DNA from: Lingula anatina
Lineage: Eukaryota; Animalia; Brachiopoda
Assembly: GCA_051362555.1 (NCBI GenBank)
Contig: CM120641.1
Span: 23,814,401-23,878,400 of the forward strand
Direction of reading: 5' to 3'
DNA length: 64,000 nucleotides
Both the position numbers and the translations under genes were made by a program. Positions 27,605-43,800 of the stretch are shown here, in pieces. Each line of letters opens with the position of its first letter. Position 1 is the stretch's first letter. Below the pieces are notes generated by a model. That model ran no database searches. It saw only the letters and a list, made by a program, of their open reading frames with translations, and was not told the origin of the DNA.

Positions 27605-30600
27605 ATGACCCGTCACCAATTTTTCCAAAAAGTGATGAAAATCAATTTACCACACCTATCATTCATAAAAAATGTGGAAACGCACCCGGATCACTTCATT
27701 AAAGCCCCCAATTTCAGCTTTAAAGATTGCCAGAAAGCACACCTGAGAACAGGATTTGGAGAGTGGGGGGGTGGAGAGAGTTTTTGCTCTATTTCTTCCT
27801 TACTAATGATACAACCACTCTTTCAGTACTTTACCCTCACTACAAATGACCAAACACACCTACCTGACACAATATTGAAGAAAAAAATTTTTCATCCCTA
27901 CCTGGCCAAAATTGAAGAAAACTGCCATATCCGGACCTTACGAAAATCACTCAAATTCACCCAAAAATGACCCGTCACCAATTTTTCCAAAAAGTGATGA
28001 AAATCAATTTACCACACCTATCATTCATAAAAAATGTGGAAACGCGCCCGGATCACTACATTAAAGCCCCCAATTTCAGCTTTAAAGATTGCAAGAAAGC
28101 ACACCTGAGAACAGGATTTGGAGAGGGGGGGGTGGAGAGAGTTTTTGCTCTATTTCTTCCTTAATAATGATACAAGCACTCTTTCAGTACTTTACCCTCA
28201 CTACAAATGACCAAACACACCTACCTGACACAATATTGAAGAAAAAAAATTTTCATCCCTACCTGGCCAAAATTGAAGAAAACTGCCATATCCGGACCTT
28301 ACGAAAATCACTCAAAATCACCCAAAAATGACCCGTCAAAAATATTTCCAAAAAGTGATGAAAATCAATTTACCACACCTATCATTCATAAAAAATGTGG
28401 AAACGCGCCCGGATCACTTCATTAAAGCCCCCAATTTCAGCTTTAAAGATTGCCAGAAAGCACACCTGAGAACAGGATTTGGAGAGTGGGGGGGTGGAGA
28501 GAGTTTTTGCTCTATTTCTTCCTTACTAATGATACAACCACTCTTTCAGTACTTTACCCTCACTACAAATGACCAAACACACCTACCTGACACAATATTG
28601 AAGAAAAACATTTTTCATCCCTACCTGGCCAAAATTGAAGAAAACTGCCATATCCGGACGTTACGAAAATCACTCAAAATCACCCAAAAATGACCCGTCA
28701 CCAATTTTTCCAAAAAGTTATGAAAATCAATTTACCACACCTATCATTCATAAAAAATGTGGAAACGCGCCCGGATCACTTCATTAAAGCCCCCAATTTC
28801 AGCTTTAAAGATTGCCAGAAAGCACACCTGAGAACAGGATTTGGAGAGGGGGGGGGGTGGAGAGAGTTTTTGCTCTATTTCTTCCTTAATAAAGATACAA
28901 CCACTCTTTCAGTACTTTACCCTCACTACAAATGACCAAACACACCTACCTGACACAATATTGAAGAAAAAAAAATTTTCATCCCTACCTGGCCAAAATT
29001 GAAGAAAACTGCCATATCCGGACCTTACAAAAATCACTCAAAATCACCCAAAAATGACCCGTCACCAATTTTTCCAAAAAGTGATGAAAATCAATTTACC
29101 ACACCTATCATTCATAAAAAATGTGGAAACGCACCCGGATCACTTCATTAAAGCCCCCAATTTCAGCTTTAAAGATTGCCAGAAAGCACACCTGAGAACA
29201 GGATTTGGAGAGTGGGGGGGTGGAGAGAGTTTTTGCTCTATTTCTTCCTTACTAATGATACAACCACTCTTTCAGTACTTTACCCTCACTACAAATGACC
29301 AAACACACCTACCTGACACAATATTGAAGAAAAAAATTTTTCATCCCTACCTGGCCAAAATTGAAGAAAACTGCCATATCCGGACCTTACGAAAATCACT
29401 CAAATTCACCCAAAAATGACCCGTCACCAATTTTTCCAAAAAGTGATGAAAATCAATTTACCACACCTATCATTCATAAAAAATGTGGAAACGCGCCCGG
29501 ATCACTACATTAAAGCCCCCAATTTCAGCTTTAAAGATTGCCAGAAAGCACACCTGAGAACAGGATTTGGAGAGTGGGGGGGTGGAGAGAGTTTTTGCTC
29601 TATTTCTTCCTTACTAATGATACAACCACTCTTTCAGTACTTTACCCTCACTACAAATGACCAAACACACCTACCTGACACAATATTGAAGAAAAAAAAT
29701 TTTCATCCCTACCTGGCCAAAATTGAAGAAAACTGCCATATCCGGACCTTACGAAAATCACTCAAATTCAACCAAAAATGACCCGTCACCAATTTTTCCA
29801 AAAAGTGATGAAAATCAATTTACCACACCTATCATTCATAAAAAATGTGGAAACGCGCCCGGATCACTACATTAAAGCCCCCAATTTCAGCTTTAAAGAT
29901 TGCAAAAAAGCACACCTGAGAACAGGATTTGGAGAGGGGGGGGTGGAGAGAGTTTTTGCTCTATTTCTTCCTTAATAATGATACAACCACTCTTTCAGTA
30001 CTTTACCCTCACTACAAATGACCAAACACACCTACCTGACACAATATTGAAGAAAAAAAATTTTCATCCCTACCTGGCCAAAATTGAAGAAAACTGCCAT
30101 ATCCGGACCTTACGAAAATCACTCAAAATCACCCAAAAATGACCCGTCAAAAATATTTCCAAAAAGTGATGAAAATCAATTTACCACACCTATCATTCAT
30201 AAAAAATGTGGAAACGCGCCCGGATCACTTCATTAAAGCCCCCAATTTCAGCTTTAAAGATTGCCAGAAAGCACACCTGAGAACAGGATTTGGAGAGTGG
30301 GGGGGTGGAGAGAGTTTTTGCTCTATTTCTTCCTTACTAATGATACAACCACTCTTTCAGTACTTTACCCTCACTACAAATGACCAAACACACCTACCTG
30401 ACACAATATTGAAGAAAAACATTTTTCATCCCTACCTGGCCAAAATTGAAGAAAACTGCCATATCCGGACGTTACGAAAATCACTCAAAATCACCCAAAA
30501 ATGACCCGTCACCAATTTTTCCAAAAAGTTATGAAAATCAATTTACCACACCTATCATTCATAAAAAATGTGGAAACGCGCCCGGATCACTTCATTAAAG

Positions 30601-32680
30601 CCCCCAATTTCAGCTTTAAAGATTGCCAGAAAGCACACCTGAGAACAGGATTTGGAGAGGGGGGGGGGTGGAGAGAGTTTTTGCTCTATTTCTTCCTTAA
30701 TAAAGATACAACCACTCTTTCAGTACTTTACCCTCACTACAAATGACCAAACACACCTACCTGACACAATATTGAAGAAAAAAAAATTTTCATCCCTACC
30801 TGGCCAAAATTGAAGAAAACTGCCATATCCGGACCTTACAAAAATCACTCAAAATCACCCAAAAATGACCCGTCACCAATTTTTCCAAAAAGTGATGAAA
30901 ATCAATTTACCACACCTATCATTCATAAAAAATGTGGAAACGCACCCGGATCACTTCATTAAAGCCCCCAATTTCAGCTTTAAAGATTGCCAGAAAGCAC
31001 ACCTGAGAACAGGATTTGGAGAGTGGGGGGGTGGAGAGAGTTTTTGCTCTATTTCTTCCTTACTAATGATACAACCACTCTTTCAGTACTTTACCCTCAC
31101 TACAAATGACCAAACACACCTACCTGACACAATATTGAAGAAAAAAATTTTTCATCCCTACCTGGCCAAAATTGAAGAAAACTGCCATATCCGGACCTTA
31201 CGAAAATCACTCAAATTCACCCAAAAATGACCCGTCACCAATTTTTCCAAAAAGTGATGAAAATCAATTTACCACACCTATCATTCATAAAAAATGTGGA
31301 AACGCGCCCGGATCACTACATTAAAGCCCCCAATTTCAGCTTTAAAGATTGCAAGAAAGCACACCTGAGAACAGGATTTGGAGAGGGGGGGGTGGAGAGA
31401 GTTTTTGCTCTATTTCTTCCTTAATAATGATACAAGCACTCTTTCAGTACTTTACCCTCACTACAAATGACCAAACACACCTACCTGACACAATATTGAA
31501 GAAAAAAAATTTTCATCCCTACCTGGCCAAAATTGAAGAAAACTGCCATATCCGGACCTTACGAAAATCACTCAAAATCACCCAAAAATGACCCGTCAAA
31601 AATATTTCCAAAAAGTGATGAAAATCAATTTACCACACCTATCATTCATAAAAAATGTGGAAACGCGCCCGGATCACTTCATTAAAGCCCCCAATTTCAG
31701 CTTTAAAGATTGCCAGAAAGCACACCTGAGAACAGGATTTGGAGAGTGGGGGGGTGGAGAGAGTTTTTGCTCTATTTCTTCCTTACTAATGATACAACCA
31801 CTCTTTCAGTACTTTACCCTCACTACAAATGACCAAACACACCTACCTGACACAATATTGAAGAAAAACATTTTTCATCCCTACCTGGCCAAAATTGAAG
31901 AAAACTGCCATATCCGGACGTTACGAAAATCACTCAAAATCACCCAAAAATGACCCGTCACCAATTTTTCCAAAAAGTTATGAAAATCAATTTACCACAC
32001 CTATCATTCATAAAAAATGTGGAAACGCGCCCGGATCACTTCATTAAAGCCCCCAATTTCAGCTTTAAAGATTGCCAGAAAGCACACCTGAGAACAGGAT
32101 TTGGAGAGGGGGGGGGGGGTGGAGAGAGTTTTTGCTCTATTTCTTCCTTAATAAAGATACAACCACTCTTTCAGTACTTTACCCTCACTACAAATGACCA
32201 AACACACCTACCTGACACAATATTGAAGAAAAAAAAATTTTCATCCCTACCTGGCCAAAATTGAAGAAAACTGCCATATCCGGACCTTACAAAAATCACT
32301 CAAAATCACCCAAAAATGACCCGTCACCAATTTTTCCAAAAAGTGATGAAAATCAATTTACCACACCTATCATTCATAAAAAATGTGGAAACGCACCCGG
32401 ATCACTTCATTAAAGCCCCCAATTTCAGCTTTAAAGATTGCCAGAAAGCACACCTGAGAACAGGATTTGGAGAGTGGGGGGGTGGAGAGAGTTTTTGCTC
32501 TATTTCTTCCTTACTAATGATACAACCACTCTTTCAGTACTTTACCCTCACTACAAATGACCAAACACACCTACCTGACACAATATTGAAGAAAAAAAAT
32601 TTTCATCCCTACCTGGCCAAAATTGAAGAAAACTGCCATATCCGGACCTTACGAAAATCACTCAAATTCACCCAAAAATG
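27605..32680 (+). repeat. Local 4-/5-monomer duplications (3 related copies)
   Basis: The 'cgtcaaaaatatttcc' monomer occurs at 28328, 30139 and 31588 (offsets 1811 and 1449). The 'caagcact' SNP occurs in monomers 27967 and 31227. Confidence 0.8.
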
Positions 32681-34848
32681 ACCCGTCACCAATTTTTCCA
32701 AAAAGTGATGAAAATCAATTTACCACACCTATCATTCATAAAAAATGTGGAAACGCGCCCGGATCACTACATTAAAGCCCCCAATTTCAGCTTTAAAGAT
32801 TGCAAGAAAGCACACCTGAGAACAGGATTTGGAGAGGGGGGGTGGAGAGAGTTTTTGCTCTATTTCTTCCTTAATAATGATACAACCACTCTTTCAGTAC
32901 TTTACCCTCACTACAAATGACCAAACACACCTACCTGACACAATATTGAAGAAAAAAAATTTTCATCCCTACCTGGCCAAAATTGAAGAAAACTGCCATA
33001 TCCGGACCTTACGAAAATCACTCAAAATCACCCAAAAATGACCCGTCACCAATTTTTCCAAAAAGTGATGAAAATCAATTTACCACACCTATCATTCATA
33101 AAAAATGTGGAAACGTGCCCAGATAACTTCATTAAAGCCCCCAATTTCAGCTTTAAAGATTGCCAGAAAGCACACCTGAGAACAGGATTTGGAGAGGGGG
33201 GGGGGTGGAGAAAGATTTTGCTCTATTTCTTCCTTAATAATGATACAACCACTCTTTCAGTACCTTACCCTCACTACAAATGACCAAACACACCTACCTG
33301 ACACAATATTGAAGAAAAAAATTTTTCATCCCTACCTGGCCAAAATTGAAGAAAACTGCCAAACCCGGACCTTACGAAAATCACTCAAAATCACCCAAAA
33401 ATGACCCGTCACAAATTTTTCCAAAAAGTTATGAAAATCAATTAACCACACCTATCATTCATAAAAAATGTGGAAACGCGCCCGGATCACTACATTAAAG
33501 CCCCCAATTTCAGCTTTAAAGATTGCAAGAAAGCACACGTGAGAACAGGATTTGGAGAGGGGGGGGTGGAGAGAGTTTTTGCTCTATTTCTTCCTTAATA
33601 ATGATACAACCACTCTTTCAGTACTTTACCCTCACTACAAATGACCAAACACACCTACCTGACACAATATTGAAGAAAAAAAATTTTCATCCCTACCTGG
33701 CCAAAATTGAAGAAAACTGCCATATCCGGACCTTACGAAAATCACTCAAAATCAACCAAAAATGACCCGTCACCAATTTTTCCAAAAAGTGATGAAAATC
33801 AATTTACCACACCTATCATTCATAAAAAATGTGGAAACGTGCCCAGATAACTTCATTAAAGCCCCCAATTTCAGCTTTAAAGATTGCCAGAAAGCACACC
33901 TGAGAACAGGATTTGGAGAGGGGGGGGGGGTGGAGAAAGATTTTGCTCTATTTCTTCCTTAATAATGATACAACCACTCTTTCAGTACCTTACCCTCACT
34001 ACAAATGACCAAACACACCTACCTGACACAATATTGAAGAAAAAAATTTTTCATCCCTACCTGGCCAAAATTGAAGAAAACTGCCAAACCCGGACCTTAC
34101 GAAAATCACTCAAAATCACCCAAAAATGACCCGTCACAAATTTTTCCAAAAAGTTATGAAAATCAATTAACCACACCTATCATTCATAAAAAATGTGGAA
34201 ACGCGCCCGGATCACTACATTAAAGCCCCCAATTTCAGCTTTAAAGATTGCAAGAAAGCACACCTGAGAACAGGATTTGGAGAGGGGGGGGTGGAGAGAG
34301 TTTTTACTCTATTTCTTCCTTAATAATGATACAACCACTCTTTCAGTACTTTACCCTCACTACAAATGACCAAACACACCTACCTGACACAATATTGAAG
34401 AAAAAAAATTTTCATCCCTACCTGGCCAAAATTGAAGAAAACTGCCATATCCGGACCTTACAAAAATCACTCAAAATCACCCAAAAATGACCCGTCACCA
34501 ATTTTTCCAAAAAGTGATGAAAATCAATTTACCACACCTATCATTCATAAAAAATGTGGAAACGCACCCGGATCACTTCATTAAAGCCCCCAATTTCAGC
34601 TTTAAAGATTGCCAGAAAGCACACCTGAGAACAGGATTTGGAGAGTGGGGGGGTGGAGAGAGTTTTTGCTCTATTTCTTCCTTACTAATGATACAACCAC
34701 TCTTTCAGTACTTTACCCTCACTACAAATGACCAAACACACCTACCTGACACAATATTGAAGAAAAAAATTTTTCATCCCTACCTGGCCAAAATTGAAGA
34801 AAACTGCCATATCCGGACCTTACGAAAATCACTCAAATTCACCCAAAA

Positions 34849-37800
34849 ATGACCCGTCACCAATTTTTCCAAAAAGTGATGAAAATCAATTTACCACACC
34901 TATCATTCATAAAAAATGTGGAAACGCGCCCGGATCACTACATTAAAGCCCCCAATTTCAGCTTTAAAGATTGCAAGAAAGCACACCTGAGAACAGGATT
35001 TGGAGAGGGGGGGGTGGAGAGAGTTTTTGCTCTATTTCTTCCTTAATAATAATACAACCACTCTTTCAGTACTTTACCCTCACTACAAATGACCAAACAC
35101 ACCTACCTGACACAATATTGAAGAAAAAAAATTTTCATCCCTACCTGGCCAAAATTGAAGAAAACTGCCATATCCGGACCTTACGAAAATCACTCAAAAT
35201 CACCCAAAAATAACCCGTCACCAATTTTTCCAAAAAGTGATGAAAATCAATTTACCACACCTATCATTCATAAAAAATGTGGAAGCGTGCCCAGATAACT
35301 TCATTAAAGCCCCCAATTTCAGCTTTAAAGATTGCCAGAAAGCACACCTGAGAACAGGATTTGGAGAGGGGGGGGGTGGAGAAAGATTTTGCTCTATTTC
35401 TTCCTTAATAATGATACAACCACTCTTTCAGTACCTTACCCTCACTACAAATGACCAAACACACCTACCTGACACAATATTGAAGAAAAAAAATTTTCAT
35501 CCCTACCTGGCCAAAATAGAAGAAAACTGCCAAACCCGGACCTTACGAAAATCACTCAAAATCACCCAAAAATGACCCGTCACAAATTTTTCCAAAAAGT
35601 GATGAAAATCAATTTACCACACCTATCATTCATAAAAAATGTGGAAACGCGCCCGGATCACTACATTAAAGCCCCCAATTTCAGCTTTAAAGATTGCAAG
35701 AAAGCACACCTGAGAACAGGATTTGGAGAGGGGGGGGTGGAGAGAGTTTTTGCTCTATTTCTTCCTTAATAATGATACAACCACTCTTTCAGTACTTTAC
35801 CCTCACTACAAATGACCAAACACACCTACCTGACACAATATTGAAGAAAAAAAATTTTCATCCCTACCTGGCCAAAATTGAAGAAAACTGCCATATCCGG
35901 ACCTTACGAAAATCACTCAAAATCACCCAAAAATGACCCGTCACAAATATTTCCAAAAAGTGATGAAAATCAATTTACCACACCTATCATTCATAAAAAA
36001 TGTGGAAACGCACCCGGATCACTTCATTAAAGCCCCCAATTTCAGCTTTAAAGATTGCCAGAAAGCACACCTGAGAACAGGATTTGGAGAGTGGGGGGGT
36101 GGAGAGAGTTTTTGCTCTATTTCTTCCTTACTAATGATACAACCACTCTTTCAGTACTTTACCCTCACTACAAATGACCAAACACACCTACCTGACACAA
36201 TATTGAAGAAAAACATTTTTCATCCCTACCTGGCCAAAATTGAAGAAAACTGCCATATCCGGACGTTACGAAAATCACTCAAAATCACCCAAAAATGACC
36301 CGTCACCAATTTTTCCAAAAAGTTATGAAAATCAATTTACCACACCTATCATTCATAAAAAATGTGGAAACGCGCCCGGATCACTTCATTAAAGCCCCCA
36401 ATTTCAGCTTTAAAGATTGCCAGAAAGCACACCTGAGAACAGGATTTGGAGAGGGGGGGGGGTGGAGAGAGTTTTTGCTCTATTTCTTCCTTAATAAAGA
36501 TACAACCACTCTTTCAGTACTTTACCCTCACTACAAATGACCAAACACACCTACCTGACACAATATTGAAGAAAAAAAAATTTTCATCCCTACCTGGCCA
36601 AAATTGAAGAAAACTGCCATATCCGGACCTTACAAAAATCACTCAAAATCACCCAAAAATGACCCGTCACCAATTTTTCCAAAAAGTGATGAAAATCAAT
36701 TTACCACACCTATCATTCATAAAAAATGTGGAAACGCACCCGGATCACTTCATTAAAGCCCCCAATTTCAGCTTTAAAGATTGCCAGAAAGCACACCTGA
36801 GAACAGGATTTGGAGAGTGGGGGGGTGGAGAGAGTTTTTGCTCTATTTCTTCCTTACTAATGATACAACCACTCTTTCAGTACTTTACCCTCACTACAAA
36901 TGACCAAACACACCTACCTGACACAATATTAAAGAAAAAAAATTTTCATCCCTACCTGGCCAAAATTGAAGAAAACTGCCATATCCGGACCTTACGAAAA
37001 TCACTCAAAATCACCCAAAAATGACCCGTCACCAATTTTTCCAAAAAGTGATGAAAATCAATTTACCACACCTATCATTCATAAAAAATGTGGAAACGAG
37101 CCCGGATCACTTCATTAAAGCCCCCAATTTCAGCTTTAAAGATTGCCAGAAAGCACACCTGAGAACAGGATTTGGAGAGGGGGGGGGGTGGAGAGAGTTT
37201 TTGCTCTATTTCTTCCTTAATAAAGATACAACCACTCTTTCAGTACTTTACCCTCACTACAAATGACCAAACACACCTACCTGACACAATATTGAAGAAA
37301 AAAAATTTTCATCCCTACCTGGCCAAAATTGAAGAAAACTGCCTTACAAAAATCACTCAAAATCACCCAAAAATGACCCGTCACCAATTTTTCCAAAAAG
37401 TGATGAAAATCAATTTACCACACCTATCATTCATAAAAAATGTGGAAACGCACCCGGATCACTTCATTAAAGCCCCCAATTTCAGCTTTAAAGATTGCCA
37501 GAAAGCACACCTGAGAACAGGATTTGGAGAGTGGGGGGGTGGAGAGAGTTTTTGCTCTATTTCTTCCTTACTAATGATACAACCACTCTTTCAGTACTTT
37601 ACCCTCACTACAAATAACCAAACACACCTACCTGACACAATATTGAAGAAAAAAAATTTTCATCCCTACCTGGCCAAAATTGAAGAAAACTGCCATATCC
37701 GGACCTTACGAAAATCACTCAAATTCAACCAAAAATGACCCGTCACCAATTTTTCCAAAAAGTGATGAAAATCAATTTACCACACCTATCATTCATAAAA

Positions 37801-40800
37801 AATGTGGAAACGCGCCCGGATCACTACATTAAAGCCCCCAATTTCAGCTTTAAAGATTGCAAAAAAGCACACCTGAGAACAGGATTTGGAGAGGTGGGGG
37901 TGGAGAGAGTTTTTGCTCTATTTCTTCCTTAATAATGATACAACCACTCTTTCAGTACTTTACCCTCACTACAAATGACCAAACACACCTACCTGACACA
38001 ATATTGAAGAAAAAAAATTTTCATCCCTACCTGGCCAAAATTGAAGAAAACTGCCATATCCGGACCTTACGAAAATCACTCAAAATCAACCAAAAATGAC
38101 CCGTCACCAATTTTTCCAAAAAGTGATGAAAATCAATTTACCACACCTATCATTCATAAAAAATGTGGAAACGTGCCCAGATAACTTCATTAAAGCCCCC
38201 AATTTCAGCTTTAAAGATTGCAAGAAAGCACACCTGAGAACAGGATTTGGAGAGGGGGGGGGTGGAGAGAGTTTTTGCTCTATTTCTTCCTTAATAATGA
38301 TACAACCACTCTTTCAGTACTTTACCCTCACTACAAATGACCAAACACACCTACCTGACACAATATTAAAGAAAAAAAATTTTCATCCCTACCTGGCCAA
38401 AATTGAAGAAAACTGCCATATCCGGACCTTACAAAAATCACTCAAAATCACCCAAAAATGACCCGTCACCAATTTTTCCAAAAAGTGATGAAAATCAATT
38501 TACCACACCTATCATTCATAAAAAATGTGGAAACGAGCCCGGATCACTTCATTAAAGCCCCCAATTTCAGCTTTAAAGATTGCCAGAAAGCACACCTGAG
38601 AACAGGATTTGGAGAGGGGGGGGGGTGGAGAGAGTTTTTGCTCTATTTCTTCCTTAATAAAGATACAACCACTCTTTCAGTACTTTACCCTCACTACAAA
38701 TGACCAAACACACCTACCTGACACAATATTGAAGAAAAAAAATTTTCATCCCTACCTGGCCAAAATTGAAGAAAACTGCCTTACAAAAATCACTCAAAAT
38801 CACCCAAAAATGACCCGTCACCAATTTTTCCAAAAAGTGATGAAAATCAATTTACCACACCTATCATTCATAAAAAATGTGGAAACGCACCCGGATCACT
38901 TCATTAAAGCCCCCAATTTCAGCTTTAAAGATTGCCAGAAAGCACACCTGAGAACAGGATTTGGAGAGTGGGGGGGTGGAGAGAGTTTTTGCTCTATTTC
39001 TTCCTTACTAATGATACAACCACTCTTTCAGTACTTTACCCTCACTACAAATGACCAAACACACCTACCTGACACAATATTGAAGAAAAAAAATTTTCAT
39101 CCCTACCTGGCCAAAATTGAAGAAAACTGCCATATCCGGACCTTACGAAAATCACTCAAATTCAACCAAAAATGACCCGTCACCAATTTTTCCAAAAAGT
39201 GATGAAAATCAATTTACCACACCTATCATTCATAAAAAATGTGGAAACGCGCCCAGATCACTTCATTAAAGCCCCCAATTTCAGCTTTAAAGATTGCCAG
39301 AAAGCACACCTGAGAACAGGATTTGGAGAGTGGGGGGGTGGAGAGAGTTTTTGCTCTATTTCTTCCTTACTAATGATACAACCACTCTTTCAGTACTTTA
39401 CCCTCACTACAAATGACCAAACACACCTACCTGACACAATATTGAAGAAAAACATTTTTCATCCCTACCTGGCCAAAATTGAAGAAAACTGCCTTACAAA
39501 AATCACTCAAAATCACCCAAAAATGACCCGTCACCAATTTTTCCAAAAAGTGATGAAAATCAATTTACCACACCTATCATTCATAAAAAATGTGGAAACG
39601 CACCCGGATCACTTCATTAAAGCCCCCAATTTCAGCTTTAAAGATTGCCAGAAAGCACACCTGAGAACAGGATTTGGAGAGTGGGGGGGTGGAGAGAGTT
39701 TTTGCTCTATTTCTTCCTTACTAATGATACAACCACTCTTTCAGTACTTTACCCTCACTACAAATGACCAAACACACCTACCTGACACAATATTGAAGAA
39801 AAAAAATTTTCATCCCTACCTGGCCAAAATTGAAGAAAACTGCCATATCCGGACCTTACGAAAATCACTCAAATTCAACCAAAAATGACCCGTCACCAAT
39901 TTTTCCAAAAAGTGATGAAAATCAATTTACCACACCTATCATTCATAAAAAATGTGGAAACGCGCCCAGATCACTTCATTAAAGCCCCCAATTTCAGCTT
40001 TAAAGATTGCCAGAAAGCACACCTGAGAACAGGATTTGGAGAGTGGGGGGGTGGAGAGAGTTTTTGCTCTATTTCTTCCTTACTAATGATACAACCACTC
40101 TTTCAGTACTTTACCCTCACTACAAATGACCAAACACACCTACCTGACACAATATTGAAGAAAAACATTTTTCATCCCTACCTGGCCAAAATTGAAGAAA
40201 ACTGCCATATCCGGACCTTACGAAAATCACTCAAAATCACCCAAAAATGACCCGTCACCAATTTTTCCAAAAAGTGATGAAAATCAATTTACCACACCTA
40301 TCATTCATAAAAAATGTGGAAACGCGCCCGGATCACTACATTAAAGCCCCCAATTTCAGCTTTAAAGATTGCAAGAAAGCACACCTGAGAACAGGATTTG
40401 GAGAGGGGGGGGTGGAGAGAGTTTTTGCTCTATTTCTTCCTTAATAATGATACAACCACTCTTTCAGTACTTTACCCTCACTACAAATGACCAAACACAC
40501 CTACCTGACACAATATTGAAGAAAAAAAATTTTCATCCCTACCTGGCCAAAATTGAAGAAAACTGCCATATCCGGACCTTACGAAAATCACTCAAAATCA
40601 CCCAAAAATAACCCGTCACCAATTTTTCCAAAAAGTGATGAAAATCAATTTACCACACCTATCATTCATAAAAAATGTGGAAGCGTGCCCAGATAACTTC
40701 ATTAAAGCCCCCAATTTCAGCTTTAAAGATTGCCAGAAAGCACACCTGAGAACAGGATTTGGAGAGGGGGGGGGGTGGAGAAAGATTTTGCTCTATTTCT

Positions 40801-43800
40801 TCCTTAATAATGATACAACCACTCTTTCAGTACCTTACCCTCACTACAAATGACCAAACACACCTACCTGACACAATATTGAAGAAAAAAAATTTTCATC
40901 CCTACCTGGCCAAAATAGAAGAAAACTGCCAAACCCGGACCTTACGAAAATCACTCAAAATCACCCAAAAATGACCCGTCACAAATTTTTCCAAAAAGTT
41001 ATGAAAATCAATTAACCACACCTATCATTCATAAAAAATGTGGAAACGCGCCCGGATCACTACATTAAAGCCCCCAATTTCAGCTTTAAAGATTGCAAGA
41101 AAGCACACCTGAGAACAGGATTTGGAGAGGGGGGGGTGGAGAGAGTTTTTGCTCTATTTCTTCCTTAATAATGATACAACCACTCTTTCAGTACTTTACC
41201 CTCACTACAAATGACCAAACACACCTACCTGACACAATATTGAAGAAAAAAAATTTTCATCCCTACCTGGCCAAAATTGAAGAAAACTGCCATATCCGGA
41301 CCTTACGAAAATCACTCAAAATCACCCAAAAATGACCCGTCACAAATATTTCCAAAAAGTGATGAAAATCAATTTACCACACCTATCATTCATAAAAAAT
41401 GTGGAAACGCACCCGGATCACTTCATTAAAGCCCCCAATTTCAGCTTTAAAGATTGCCAGAAAGCACACCTGAGAACAGGATTTGGAGAGTGGGGGGGTG
41501 GAGAGAGTTTTTGCTCTATTTCTTCCTTACTAATGATACAACCACTCTTTCAGTACTTTACCCTCACTACAAATGACCAAACACACCTACCTGACACAAT
41601 ATTGAAGAAAAACATTTTTCATCCCTACCTGGCCAAAATTGAAGAAAACTGCCATATCCGGACGTTACGAAAATCACTCAAAATCACCCAAAAATGACCC
41701 GTCACCAATTTTTCCAAAAAGTTATGAAAATCAATTTACCACACCTATCATTCATAAAAAATGTGGAAACGCGCCCGGATCACTTCATTAAAGCCCCCAA
41801 TTTCAGCTTTAAAGATTGCCAGAAAGCACACCTGAGAACAGGATTTGGAGAGGGGGGGGGGTGGAGAGAGTTTTTGCTCTATTTCTTCCTTAATAAAGAT
41901 ACAACCACTCTTTCAGTACTTTACCCTCACTACAAATGACCAAACACACCTACCTGACACAATATTGAAGAAAAAAAAATTTTCATCCCTACCTGGCCAA
42001 AATTGAAGAAAACTGCCATATCCGGACCTTACAAAAATCACTCAAAATCACCCAAAAATGACCCGTCACCAATTTTTCCAAAAAGTGATGAAAATCAATT
42101 TACCACACCTATCATTCATAAAAAATGTGGAAACGCACCCGGATCACTTCATTAAAGCCCCCAATTTCAGCTTTAAAGATTGCCAGAAAGCACACCTGAG
42201 AACAGGATTTGGAGAGTGGGGGGGTGGAGAGAGTTTTTGCTCTATTTCTTCCTTACTAATGATACAACCACTCTTTCAGTACTTTACCCTCACTACAAAT
42301 GACCAAACACACCTACCTGACACAATATTAAAGAAAAAAAATTTTCATCCCTACCTGGCCAAAATTGAAGAAAACTGCCATATCCGGACCTTACGAAAAT
42401 CACTCAAAATCACCCAAAAATGACCCGTCACCAATTTTTCCAAAAAGTGATGAAAATCAATTTACCACACCTATCATTCATAAAAAATGTGGAAACGAGC
42501 CCGGATCACTTCATTAAAGCCCCCAATTTCAGCTTTAAAGATTGCCAGAAAGCACACCTGAGAACAGGATTTGGAGAGGGGGGGGGGGTGGAGAGAGTTT
42601 TTGCTCTATTTCTTCCTTAATAAAGATACAACCACTCTTTCAGTACTTTACCCTCACTACAAATGACCAAACACACCTACCTGACACAATATTGAAGAAA
42701 AAAAATTTTCATCCCTACCTGGCCAAAATTGAAGAAAACTGCCTTACAAAAATCACTCAAAATCACCCAAAAATGACCCGTCACCAATTTTTCCAAAAAG
42801 TGATGAAAATCAATTTACCACACCTATCATTCATAAAAAATGTGGAAACGCACCCGGATCACTTCATTAAAGCCCCCAATTTCAGCTTTAAAGATTGCCA
42901 GAAAGCACACCTGAGAACAGGATTTGGAGAGTGGGGGGGTGGAGAGAGTTTTTGCTCTATTTCTTCCTTACTAATGATACAACCACTCTTTCAGTACTTT
43001 ACCCTCACTACAAATAACCAAACACACCTACCTGACACAATATTGAAGAAAAAAAATTTTCATCCCTACCTGGCCAAAATTGAAGAAAACTGCCATATCC
43101 GGACCTTACGAAAATCACTCAAATTCAACCAAAAATGACCCGTCACCAATTTTTCCAAAAAGTGATGAAAATCAATTTACCACACCTATCATTCATAAAA
43201 AATGTGGAAACGCGCCCGGATCACTACATTAAAGCCCCCAATTTCAGCTTTAAAGATTGCAAAAAAGCACACCTGAGAACAGGATTTGGAGAGGTGGGGG
43301 TGGAGAGAGTTTTTGCTCTATTTCTTCCTTAATAATGATACAACCACTCTTTCAGTACTTTACCCTCACTACAAATGACCAAACACACCTACCTGACACA
43401 ATATTGAAGAAAAAAAATTTTCATCCCTACCTGGCCAAAATTGAAGAAAACTGCCATATCCGGACCTTACGAAAATCACTCAAAATCAACCAAAAATGAC
43501 CCGTCACCAATTTTTCCAAAAAGTGATGAAAATCAATTTACCACACCTATCATTCATAAAAAATGTGGAAACGTGCCCAGATAACTTCATTAAAGCCCCC
43601 AATTTCAGCTTTAAAGATTGCAAGAAAGCACACCTGAGAATAGGATTTGGAGAGGGGGGGGGTGGAGAGAGTTTTTGCTCTATTTCTTCCTTAATAATGA
43701 TACAACCACTCTTTCAGTACTTTACCCTCACTACAAATGACCAAACACACCTACCTGACACAATATTAAAGAAAAAAAATTTTCATCCCTACCTGGCCAA